From: Lepidodermella squamata
Lineage: Eukaryota > Animalia > Gastrotricha
DNA: 64,000 nucleotides
NCBI GenBank assembly: GCA_047495785.1
Contig: JBLDXI010000054.1
Location: 2,356,001 to 2,420,000, forward strand
Reading direction: 5' to 3'
The translations under genes and the position numbers were made by a program. Under the pieces are notes generated by a model, which was not told the DNA's origin, ran no database searches, and saw only the letters and a list, made by a program, of their open reading frames with translations. Each line of letters opens with the position of its first letter. The first letter of the stretch is position 1. Of this stretch, positions 39,899-52,092 are shown piece by piece.

Positions 39899-39998
39899 AT
39901 TCAAAGTGCATGCCATTCTCCCTTTAAACTATCTGTGTTTAGTTCAAATAAATTTATGTCACGTGGCATAAAAAAATTTCAAGGCATGCACTTTGAAT
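39899..39998. repeat. Perfect 16-bp inverted repeat in RYBP 3' region
   Basis: ATTCAAAGTGCATGCC (39899-39914) and GGCATGCACTTTGAAT (39983-39998). Confidence 0.8.
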
Positions 39999-40709
39999 AT
40001 GCATTTGTTTGGCCACGACAAAAATCTTTTTGGTTCTCAGCATCGCTATCATAATGAAACTTTGTTATTTGTGTATAATATGTAATAGTTTAGCGACTTG
40101 TTGATAATTAATATTAAAATAATTACTGCATCGCTAAATTATCATTTTTTAATCCAATGATGCGGTTTGGTGTACCTCTTTTCGCTTTTTACCTTGTTAC
40201 TTTCGAGTTTGGCCATGATCGTTTTGTTTGTTATAAATAATAATATACTCTGTTTTACGTCGCGCGCCTTGTTAGATATGCAGTTATCTGTTATTATCCT
40301 GCGGGTAACAATCAGCAAAAAAATTGTTTCACCCAGTATTTCGTATTATTATTATTGTTATACTTATTCTTTTGTGTGCGTTTCATCATCATCATTTGCA
40401 GAAGAGATGTGGCAAAAAGCAAAAGCATTGTTGATATACTTACATAATACTTGTTTCATTTTTATTCATCGAAATCGTATGATTGAAAAACTCGGTTTCT
40501 TGTTAATATTATTATCATATAGCACTATGATGGAAAAAGGCAGCTGCAAAGCGCACACACACATCGGGGTTGTCCGTATATGGGCAAGATTTTTTATGAC
40601 TCGAAATAAATTAACTGAAGAATGAGAAAAATATTGTGATAGAAAAAAATTATGGCAAAGTTGAGGTAGCAATTTCGAACAAAATTGAAGAAAAATTAAG
40701 GTGGATTTT

Positions 40710-42921
40710 TCACTTTTTCTTTCCTTTTTTCGCAGCGGTCGGGCGATCATGAGCAGTTGCTAAACGAAAAAAAATCATGAAAAATTGAAAAAATTGAATG
40801 TAAGCCTACCTTTCTTTGGCTGACTGCTTGCGATGCTGCTAGTTCGCGAATCAGGGCGCGATTCAGCCGGAGGAACTGCGTGTTTTTCCGAGGTTTTCTT
40901 CGAAGCGTGTTTACCCGAAGCCGGTCTGTCTTTCCCGCTCGCTTCCACCTTCAAGTGATCTGTTTTCGTCGATTTTTTCGATACTTTTACCGAAATTGTA
41001 GGAGCCGCGTCGGTGACTGACGGCTGCGGGCTAGGCGCTGCTTCTTCCTGCGGCTGCGTATTTTCTATATCCCAATTATCCTTCGCCTCCTCCTGCACGA
41101 TGGTCGGGGGAGGAGCGGGCGGTTGCGGGGTAGTCTCCGCCTCTTCCTTCTCAACCACAAAAGTTTGCGAATTTGTCATTTTCGGGGCTTCTTCCTGAGG
41201 AGCTGCAGCTGGTTCTTCAACCGTAACAACCAGCTCCGGGGCGGGTTGGTAGATAGGCGGCGGCGCTTGCTCCTCCTGGAGCTCATTAGCCGGCTTAATT
41301 TCAACTTCTTGATCTTGCAGTAATTCCGCGATTAGGCCCTCATTTGAAACGTGAAGGCAGTGCAGGTCGTTTTCGTCGGGTGGCGGGGCGACCGGGTCGC
41401 AGGAGACGCGGCTCTGTTGCGGGGTGATCATGCCCGAAGCAACAGCCGAGTCTTGCTGCACTTCACTGCTCGGTGGCTGCTGTGCAGGCGCGGCTTCTTC
41501 GTTGACTTGCTGAGGTGCAGCTTCTTCGCTGATTTGCTGAGGCGCCGCGGCTGTTTCTTGTTCTTCTTCGGCTGCTGCTGCGGGCGCCTCTTCGTCGCGA
41601 AAGGGCTGCACGATCATGAGCAAATCTGCGCTAGGTTGTGGCGTTTCTTCTTCGACTTGCGGCGCTTCTTGAGCTGGCTCTGGCTGCGGCTCTTCTTCTG
41701 TGGGTTTTTCGATCTCAGAAACATCGGGCACTTCGCCTAAATAGCCGTGAAGCGCAGACTTGCAGCGTCTCGTCTTGCTTTTTAGCTCATTTTCCACTTG
41801 GTCAATAGTCAGCGAACTGTAAAAATTGAGGCAAGGATAACAAAATTTATTTAATAAGTTCATTTATCAGATTTTGAACTGGAAATATAAGGTTAGGTAA
41901 TCACACTTATATCAGAAAATTCTTTTGCTGGCTCACTTAAAAAATCAAGATTTTTGAATTTTGTAGATAATTTATTTAAAATTTTATAGTAACTTTTACG
42001 ATATTTTTTCCCTTTGATATTTTCGGTGTTCGGTTAATTTTTCAATAAATTTTAATTTATTCCTAATATTAAAATTTAAAATTTTATTTTTCAATTTTTA
42101 TCATCCTCTTAACTTCTTTATTTAGGATCTAAGTTATAGAGGGATGGTTATGATTTTTTCTTACCCAAGCAATCGTAGAATGCGATACTCGTCATTTTCG
42201 TGCAATTTCGCGATTTCTTGCTTGAGTAAGTTGAGCCTCGCCTTCAGCTGGGCTGGGTCTTCCTGAGCGTAGAGAAGCTTGAACCGCTTGATAGCTTCAA
42301 ACTCATCGATGTCCCCCAGTTTTTCCTGCAGAATTTGCTTCTCACTTCGCCCGCTTTTTCTTGAAATTTGACTGATAATCGAATGCAAAAGCGGATCCGC
42401 GACTTCCGGCGGGACATCCACGCTGATTTCAAGCGCGACCACCGGCTCTTCCAACGTAGTTTGCTGCGTTAGCTCACTTTCTATGCCAGTTGTCTCATCA
42501 CTGGCTGGGATTTCTTCCTTTGGCTCCTCTTCATCTTTCGCCGCTGCCTCCTCCTGCCCTTCCTCGCATGCTGGTGCCTCTTCTTCTTGTTCGGTTTTCG
42601 TAACCTCAACCTCGCCATCCACCTTGACGAAATCGCTGTCTTCATTCGTAGGCGCGACTTCTTCCTCGCTATTCTTCGGCCCATCTGCGTCTTCTTGCTC
42701 GTTTTCAGCTGCGGTGCTAGTCCCTGCAATATCAGCAGTGCTCTGCGAATTTGTCACCTCATTTAGTTGCGTTTGATCGTCAGTTTGCTCGTCCTGATTT
42801 TCCGGTTCTGTTATTGCCGTGACTAGTGTGTGAATTTTTCGGGCGAAATTTTAACATAATTTTTTCTATGCGTTGAAACAATGAACTTACCAGGTACTGG
42901 CTTGCCTTGGCCGCAGCCCAT
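40710..42921 (-). CDS. Acidic Glu/Pro-rich protein with N-terminal MGC acylation motif (uncharacterised), 4 exons
   Basis: Exons 42921-42891, 42822-42165, 41816-40810, 40759-40710 are phase-compatible. Starts MGCGQGKPV, has a central helical segment and ends AAKKGKKK*. Confidence 0.8.
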
Positions 42922-43417
42922 TTGCTAGTAGAAAAATCGAAAAATCAGGCGTTGGAAAAACGGTGAGAATGAGAATTTTTGGTGTTGGTCAGTGTTGTGA
43001 GTGACCTGCATGCGCTCGCGCGCCGCTTTTCGCTAATTAGGCGTGTCAATTATTTTTGTGTTATTTTGGCGTGGATACACCCGGCTTTTTCTGATTTGCA
43101 CCCGAGCTACACAGTCGCCGCTCTAATGAGCCACTAAGAACTATGAAGACAACAAAATCTCCCTAGTAACACACCAAGAATGAACGGAGAAAAAAGTTTA
43201 AGGTGGATTTTTTCTAATTTTTTTTTAAATTAATTATTTATTTAATTGATTTATTTGAATTTGAATTTAATATACTTTGCCAATTTTAGATCGTTAAGTT
43301 GATAATTATTGAATCAAGCGGTGATTGGATCGTCTTTTGGAACTTGCTACGGCCCGTCCGTAGCGTTACACTTCGTTGTATTTGTGTTTCTCCGTTTCTA
43401 TCTGGGCATTCCTAGCT

Positions 43418-46400
43418 ATGGAACATCAAGCCAATAATAACCATATATCGACTCGTTCAGCATCTCGTAACACCCTGCTCAATGGCGTGGCGACTCAGGA
43501 TATGAACCTAGGCGTTTCACCGCCTAAAGCGCTTCGAGCCGGCCCGAGACTGCCGAACGACGACACAAAATCACCGCCGCCGCCTCACTACATCGTCAAT
43601 TATTCGGTGAATTACGACGATTTAGAGTTCTACGAACACCTGGGCTCGGGCCGTTACGGTTCAGTGAGCAGGGCTTTGCTAAAAAGTCGAAATATCATTG
43701 TAGCCGTGAAGAAGGTTGAAAGTCTCGGCCAGGAGGTTCACATTCTCTCGCAGCTAAGTCATCGAAATATCGTGCGGTTCTACGGGGTTTACTCGAATGT
43801 CATGCAAACATCCATGTCTCGGCAACTCCAGTTCGGCATTATCACAGAATATTGCGATAACGGCTCGTTGTACGACCTACTCAAGCGTATCAGGCCGCAG
43901 TTGCGTAGCGATGACATCGACAGTGATAGCGGCGGGACTGAAAATGGGTTGAATTTCGCCAATATCGTGCAATGGGCGGCTGATATTGCGAGGGGTATGA
44001 ATTATTTGCACTCGGAAGCGCCCGTTCAAATCATCCATCGCGATTTGAAGTCGACAAATGTGCTGCTGTCACGTGATTGGATGTGTAAAATCTGTGATTT
44101 CGGCTCGAGCCGTGCGCGAAATCGAGATAACAGTATCATCTCGGTTGCGGGCACGCCGGCCTGGATGGCGCCTGAGTTGATACGCGGCGAGGCGAATTTT
44201 AGCAGTGGCTGTGATACGTGGTCGTTTGGCGTTGTGCTGTGGGAATTGTTGACGTGCGAGCAGCCGTTCAAGGGCCTTGATCAATTTCAAATCATGTTTG
44301 TGGTCGGCAGCCGTTCTGAACACCCTCCTATTCCCGTGAGTTATCAATAAATATTTCTCCAAAAATTTGATATTCAACGGTGTCGAATATCATGAGAAAA
44401 ATCGGAATTATTTAGGAATAGAAATATTCAAAAAATGTTAAGGTGGGCATTTTATTTTCGAAGTTTTGAAATATTTATTGCTAATTAAAAGTTTCAAATT
44501 TTCGATTGAAAATCAAAGATTAGGAAGGAATATTTTCATCCCAAAAATTATAACTTTTAAAATCGCTAAAATTTCGAATAATTTTGTTAAATCATGATTA
44601 AACCGTGCTCTCCAAGTGGATCAGGCCTTTTGCCGAAAATCACATAGAGTTTAATGGTAATTTATGCAAATTTTTTTATAATTGATCATAAAATTCTCAG
44701 AAAAGTTCAGAATATTTGGGGTAATCAATCATTTAAGATTTGGTTCCGCTTAAAATAGGACCTATAAATTAATTATTTTTACTCAATTTCCTTTGCATTT
44801 TCTCTTAAAAATATTTTTTATTTTTTCTTCAGGGTTCTTGTCCGCCTAGTTTTCAAGATTTGTTAATGCGTTGCTGGTCAAAAGATTCGTCCGCGCGGCC
44901 AATTTTCTCCGAAATCTTAGTCGAACTGGCTAGGATGTTATCCGATGACGAGCTGCCGTCAGAACTCGCTAATTTCACGTCGACAGCTGCACGTATCCAG
45001 TGGCTGGGCGAGGTCGAGACGGAACTGGCGCGTGTTAAACTGCTCGAGCAGAGTTTGGAAGAGCGGGAGCATGTTGTAGCTGAGCGAGAACGCAAGTTGG
45101 CCGAGGAGAAGAAAATGATTGCTGAACAACTGTCGAGACTGGCGCCGTCTTCAAGCCACGGCCACTTGTCCTCTGCAGCTTTTTCGCCCATCGATCGATT
45201 AGATGTAAGAAACTGAACATATTTTCTCAAAATGTAGAATAAATCCACCGAAGTTTTTTGTTTGAATTGAGGAAATTATCAAGAGTCTAATAATTCTGAT
45301 GAAATATCCGAGTTCTGAGTTTTCTGAGTTTTCCGAAGTTGGCAGCCGCCTGCGGGCGTCAATGTATGAAGATTAAACAAGAAATTCGAAATCGTTTTAT
45401 TAAAAAGGAAATACTGAATTAAGTGACACATTTATCATCGGAAACAATGCGAAAGTGACCTAATAATCAGTGTAAATTTTCGCAGACGTGAAGTTACACT
45501 TGTCGGCTATCCTTTCAAGTTAGTCGAAGAAAGCAGGCCGTCTAGAAAAGGAATGTTATGGCCAAATTGTCAAAGTTAAATTTTATTTCCATTCTTGCGG
45601 CGATTCCATTTCTTTACTCCTGTCTTGCCATCCCAGGTTTAGTATTCTGGTAGTTTCTTGTAGGTCAATTGGCGAGCGAAATCGTTAGTTCGGCAAAGTT
45701 TGAAAAATGCCGTTGAATTCGTGTCCTCAGGATTTTGTAGGTCTTCGATATTGCTACCTTCTTTGAAGGTTACTCTCTGAAAATGGATATAAACATGGCA
45801 AGTCGGCAGACAGTCGGATATTCGCCGAGCATATGGCGGCACGATCATGTCCCTTATAGACATATTTGTATAGGTATTTGACACTTCCGACGGTTCAAAG
45901 AGCGTCACAATTCCTATGACAGTTGTATTTTTTCGAAAGATAGGGATTACGCGAAACAACCCTTTTTTTTTATCAAGGCGAAGGGTTTGCTTGCTCACTG
46001 TTTTCTCGACACAGCGATCGTTGTCAGGGCGCTTGTATGGAGGGTAGCTGTTGAATCTTGAGAAGTCTTGGGAAAATTTTCGAACATTTACCATCAACCA
46101 TGCATGGACAACTCGGATGAACATGTCCACATGGTCCATTGAACATTCGGCGCGTCACAGTAGCATGTAATTCAGGATGACTTTCGGGATCGGGAATTTC
46201 AGCCGAGATAGTTTTATCGATATCTTCGGTGTTCTCAGTTTATCCGTTCAAAATGAGTTGAAGATGTGAGGGATGCCGCGCTTTTGAAATTCGATTACAT
46301 AAATGTAGCATATGACTTTTCCAAAAAATTTATACTTATTCAATGACGTCGAATATTATGAGAAAAATCGGAATTTTAGAAATATTCAAAAATCATTAAG

Positions 46401-49400
46401 GTGGAGAATTTATTTTCGAAATTTTGATATTTTTTATTGAAATTTGATATATTTTTAGGTTTTGAACTGGACTGAAGCTGATGTAGCTCGATGGGTTCGC
46501 CAACTCGATCAACTCAATCATTTCCATGGCCTTGGAAAGTACGCTAATCTGTTCGAAGCTAACCACATCAGCGGCCGGCGGTTACTGCTGCTATCGAAAA
46601 ACGACTTCCACGCAATGGGAATTACGAGCTTCGGCCACCAGAAGCAATTCTTGGACGAGATTCACTTTTTGAGAATTGCCTCGCAAATGGTCGTCGACTT
46701 CCCGCCGCTGCAAATAACGTCTCAGATCTCGCAGTTGAGCAACAGCAACAATAACGCAACTATTATGAGCACGTCCCTGAACGGGACTGACGCAGTTTTT
46801 CAGGTCGGGGGTGAATCTGAGGGCGATGAGTCATCGCTGAGTAGCCCCAGCACTCCGATACCTGAAATGTCGATTTCAATCGGTATTCCGAACGCCTACA
46901 GCACCATAAACAGCTCAACAACTGGTATTCATACTCCTCTGAGTGTTAACGTATCGAATAGCAACAGCTTTATTGTTATTGAAAACCGCGAGTTTAACGT
47001 GAATTTAGCCGTTGGTATGTACACCTTCCCGACTACTGTGTTGAACGACGCTGGCCAGGTGAATGATTCGTTGGAATATCGCGTGTTTCTCGATGGGCAC
47101 GTTTCCTTCAATCCAACGTCGGTTTCGTCGCCGGATGACGCGATTGCGATTACTGATGTTGATTTGACGCTTGATATTGCTGACATTTTCTCGTCTGTTC
47201 TCGTCATTTTCGACCCGGAACTGCCGTCGGAACGGAAGGTTTACGCTGCGACCGGGGCGAGTGAGTCGAATCCGAATATTCATGAAACTACAGCGCCTTA
47301 TATTGCCAAAGGTGAGTAATCTATTGAAATTCAAAATTATCTATTCAAAATTACCACGAAGCTTCCTTTGAAATTCCGAACTCTCGAAATTTTTCAACAT
47401 TTTCAAAGCAAAGTTATAACAAAATTTTGCATAGTCGCGGTTGTTATTTTTCTTGAATTGAAACTTGGTACAAATCATGTTTTCGGCAGATCTTAAATTT
47501 AGCCTCGAGAAATCAGGGTAAATAAGATTGATCTGGCGAAAAATAACACAGAGAGTATTTTTTATTCTAATATTCGAGGATTCTACTAAATTTTTCGAAC
47601 GTTCGGTAAAAATCCCTATAAATTGTTACGTTTTATGGATAATTGTTATATCAACAAACGGGTTTTCCGCGCTTTCGTCATTTTAATGGCACGTTTGAGC
47701 AAGATGTATAAATAATGGGAAAATATCATCGACGAAGCAATAATGGAAAACAATTAAGAGCATCTTTAACAATAGTTTAGTCATTCAAGATCTTCTATCA
47801 CCTGTACACAAGATGATTACTTAGAAGACAATTTAGTCGGCGAACGGAATGCTCCTTGAAATTTCAATGAGAAAAGAAAAAACGACTAGAAAAGAGTGAG
47901 GCTCAAGGTCTTCTACATCCGATACGACATGTTCCAGAAGTTTAATATTAGCTCGCAGATAGCATAGGATTTTTTTTTATTTTAACAATTGAGTAGAAGA
48001 GATGAAGAGAAAATAAGAAGGAAAAATGACAGGGTTGTACTTGTGCCGCTGGTAGATGCAAGATCCATGGCGATAACAGGCTCATAGTGATTGCCGGTTA
48101 GACGCACGCCCATCGCCAGTCAGCGGTGACACACCGTCCATAGCAGTGAAAGCGCTGTGTTTTTTCCTCGAGCCGTAAACGTTGACCAGGTTGAAGAATA
48201 CCTCAACAGCCTTCGCCATGGAATTAGCAATTCGAAGGAAGCCGAATGAACCAAGTGCCAATTTCTTCTTCGCCTTCTTAAATGATGGTGCCTTCTTCGT
48301 CAGGAGTCGGGAAAGGTCTTTAATCAGATGATTGAGGCAGAGGAACACAAGCTTCATTGATTTGGCCGTCGGATCTGATTGATCGATACATAACCGAGAG
48401 ATACTTTGGCTGATAGTTCGGCAAATTTTGATCAACAATAATCTTCCCACGTCGTAAACAAACATGCGCAACTTCAGAAACTCGGTCCAGTTCTTGTGTA
48501 TGACCTTTAGACGAGAACCGAGATAAGCTCGCAGATAGTTGTTTAATAAACCGTCGCATAAATTCTTTGACGTCGAATAAAGCCAACGCGAGGCAAAAGT
48601 TGCTTTGGTAACAACTTGGAGGCTATCGCTTTCACAGTACTTTACAAAATTCTCGACGCAACTTGCGTGTCATTTTTGAGACCGCCGAGATCGCTGTTCT
48701 TTACATCATTCATGGCTGAAAAATATTAAGAATTAGAAGATATTCAATCGTATTTTAGGCTTCTGCTGATCCAGCGAATTATGATGCATTATCCAGGATG
48801 ATGTAAATAACAAATACCGGTCAAGTCTGGACATTTAGAAGGGCACAGTAATGTTGTCCAAGTATTCAACGGTGTCCTTTTTAAGAATTGAAGTTGTTCA
48901 CGACATTCGATAGTTCAATTTTAGCTTGCGCATATTACTTTTTGATTGGTGCTTTTTTCAATTTTTTTCCCGAGTTTCAGACGGGCGATTTTAGTCTGAT
49001 CTGACCCTTAGCATGATTCACGTTGCCAACTTTCGGGTAAAGCTGATTACTTCGCTTTTCTTCGGCATCCTTCAGAAAAGCTACGTAGTCACCTACTGGC
49101 TGTACATTCCTGGGAACGCAGTAAACTTTAGATCCACGAGCGAGTTTTTTTTGCTACGGATGGCAAACATGGTGGTATCTACAGTACCAGCTTCCATTCC
49201 AGCATCCTCGTAGAAGCCGAACAAATTTGAAGCGATGCCCTTCTTGGTAGTAGATCGATCTTGTTTCGATGTCAATCTGCGCTGTTCTTTGGTCTTGATC
49301 CTCGTTTTTTAATGTTTTTAAATCAGCTAAAAACTGGGAGCGAAAAATTTCACAATTTTCTTCAATTTTTGCTGTTACAATTAGTCCCAGTTCTTGAATA

Positions 49401-51171
49401 TGGCGTACGTAGCATGGACTGATTTAGATGAAAATAGCAACCCTTGAATATGGCATTCGGAATGCACGGAAGACCTGCCGATATAGATCAGTGCTTCTAT
49501 TCGTCGTTAGAACGAAAGCCTCCGGCAAAGATGAGCCCAATTGCGCGTGAATAGTGGATATTTTCATGCAACTTGAAAATCCACAAATGAAGTTTGTTTA
49601 AATTCGAAGCTATTGAACTCCATGGATAGGGTTTCAGCATATTTTTAGTAGATGTTGTTTAGGAGGCGTTTCTATTTCATCGTCTCTTGGTTCTCGAACT
49701 CATTAAGGTTCAAGTAAAACAACTTCGTCATGAGTCAGCAATAACATAAGCAGCCGTTTTTCAGCGGGTGGCAGATCTGCAGGCACGACTGCTTTGCCAT
49801 CAATAGTTCGCAGGAGTGGGGAGGAGTGAATCATTTGTGAAAACGAATTGAACATTTGAAGTAATGTTTCGATAACCCTAACCCTAAACCCTAACCCTTA
49901 CCTTACATCTCACGCCTTGGTCTGTCTTGCAAAATAAAGCCTCCATGAAATTACACATGTGCCACTCCGATTTCCAAACATGAATTTTCTCACAAAGTTC
50001 TCTGAAACTCGGCGCGATTTTTATATATTTCCTATTTTCCAATTTTTCGGAATGAATTTTGATTTCGTATTATTTTTTCTTAGAAACTGCTCCTTCGAAT
50101 TCGCAACAATCATTTTCATTGATCGAAATCGAAATCACTCTCAGACAACCCTACTGCTGCCGAACAAAACCGCCCGCTCGAGATTCGACCGGCGCCTCTT
50201 GTACCTCACCGACCCGGCAGCTATCCCGAACCAACAGCCCTACGAAGCCAATCCCATTCCGCGTGACCGAAGAGCCAGCCAAGGCCGATATCAAACGCGA
50301 ACATTCGCAATCGTTCGACTATATCGGCGTAATTCGAAAACGCTTGCCCGCTAATTTTAACGCGCCAATTACGACATGGGCGGAAAGTGTCACCCAGTTA
50401 TCGACCCGGTCGGTGATCGGCGACGACCCGGGTCTGTTGAATAACGGCGTTCATTTCCAAATCAACTCGCCCGATGACGGGTCAATGTCGCTGTCATCCA
50501 ACTGCACGGCCAGGTCGATTAAACTCGGCCAGCGGGTGTCGGTACCCCACGGCAGCCCGCGGCACCCGAGCATCGCCAGTATAACCAGCCCGGTTAACGA
50601 AAACGACCCGGTTCAATTCTTTTCCGACGCGAGGCGAAATAGTGTTAGCAGTAATTTGGTCTCACCCATCGAAAACCGGCCTAGCACCCCGGCGTCGGCG
50701 TTGATTGGCCAGCAGGTTAAGGCGGCTGGCGAGCAGCACAGCCGGTTCGGCGGGTTATACTCACCCGGGTCGACCGGGTCGCTGACCAACTCGCCGGTTA
50801 AAACCTACGCATCAGTCGCGGCTACGGCAAAGCCCCCGCCGAGTTTGACCGTCACTTACCAAACGACTTTCCACGGCCACCATCCGAACAGTACCCACCA
50901 CCACCACCCGCACCGGCCTAACGGCGGGCATTACCTACGGCATCATGCGAATGGCGAAAATTCGGTATCTCCGGCGTTTCGTCACGCAATTAAAAACACG
51001 CAGCGGCAACATAATAGGACAAACAGCGCGTCGAGCGGTGGAAGTGGCGGTGGTAATGAGCGGCAACAGCACCCAAATGGCCGGCAGTTCTTCAAGCCAG
51101 GGGGCGGAGCTGGCCGCGGCGGGTCAAACCAGGCCAATAATACTACGAATAATAAATCGGAAAAGCAGTGA
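43418..51171 (+). CDS. MAP3K20: MAP3K20/ZAK-like mixed-lineage kinase (kinase, zipper, SAM, C-terminal extension), 4 exons
   Basis: Exons 43418-44335, 44833-45204, 46459-47311, 50084-51171. Motifs GSGRYG, VAVKK, YLHSEAPVQIIHRDLKS, KICDFG and GTPAWMAPE; coiled coil; SAM WTEADVARWV..NHISGRRLLLL. Confidence 0.88.
45400..46330 (-). mobile_element. Degenerate Helitron Rep fragment in ZAK intron 2
   Basis: Minus-strand translation with stops and frameshifts: FGKVICYIYVIEFQKRGIPH, IDKTISAEIPDPESHPELH, GPCGHVHPSCPCMVDGKCSK, YPPYKRPDN, TAFFKLC..DFARQLTY. These are hallmark Helitron Rep motifs. Confidence 0.85.
47650..49970 (-). mobile_element. Possible decayed MULE (NOF/FB-like) element in ZAK intron 3
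   Basis: Broken minus-strand ORFs including FVYDVGRLLL...VFLCLNHLIK (D...CxxH, MULE-like), and CCCTAA repeats near one end. Boundaries are uncertain. Confidence 0.3.
49873..49898. repeat. Short interstitial (CCCTAA)n telomere-like repeat
   Basis: TAACCCTAACCCTAAACCCTAACCCT; a shorter GGTTAGGGTTAGGGTT lies near 56796. Confidence 0.6.
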
Positions 51172-52092
51172 TGATAGACAATAAAAAAAATCGATTTTTT
51201 TTCTATGCCGCCTCGTGTCATTTTCTGTCGCCCGGCGTGGTTGGTCTGTATTTTTTGCATTACTATAGTAATATAGCTCAATCTGCCACGTGGCGACAAT
51301 GAGAGAAAAACATACAACAAAGCCTTTATTATTATTTATCTATCGTTTTTCGTTCTATAAAACAACTTAGAAAATGTTTGTATACTCAAAAAATTCCTCC
51401 TTAAACATATGAGACACCATAATATTCCAAAAATTTGAGAATATATTTTAAGGCATTCCACCATACGTTATTGCCCTCGTTTTCTATATAACATTTTGCA
51501 GTTCTACCTCTATGTTTAACATCTTGCGTCGTATTTCGCTGCCTTTTAATGTAGTCTAGTTGTGATTATAGTGACGAGTTACAGGCAATCCTTGACATTC
51601 GAGTTGTTGCTATATATATATTGTTATTACTAAGTGACATTGCGTTCTCATCATTAATGCTGAGGAATTATTTCAAGTCTTGTCATCATTTCTTCCGTTG
51701 AAAAAACAATTGTGTAATTATTATTATTATCATTATTCAAGAAAACTCTGCTAATCGAATGTGAGTTGAGTGAATTGTTCTCTCCCGATGATTATTGATT
51801 TTTCTTGTATTTTTTGTGTGTGCTGATTTAAATGACGACTAACCCGATATTGCTGACCGAAATTCTTGTTATGTTTGAGCGCGTTTCGCATCATTTATTT
51901 CGTGGTTGTTTTTACCTATATATAACATGCTTTAACGAGAAACGTGCGCCGCTGAAATATAGTCAAAAAAATTATAATAGTAATTATATATTAATATGCA
52001 TCTAAAAAAATCCAAAAAATAATTTTACGACGAGAAATGAAAATATTGAAATTAATTTTTTCTTCAATTTTTTTAGGTGGATTTTTTAAATA

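Noticed and set aside
40167-40625. 152-aa hydrophobic ORF between RYBP and the acidic gene
   Set aside because: TTG start and AT-rich, UTR-like sequence; the hydrophobicity reflects T-richness.
45639-46139. 166-aa ORF as an independent gene
   Set aside because: Frameshifted mosaic of Helitron Rep sequence.
49873-49898. True telomere or chromosome-breakage site
   Set aside because: Only about 4 imperfect units inside an intron; more likely part of a transposon.
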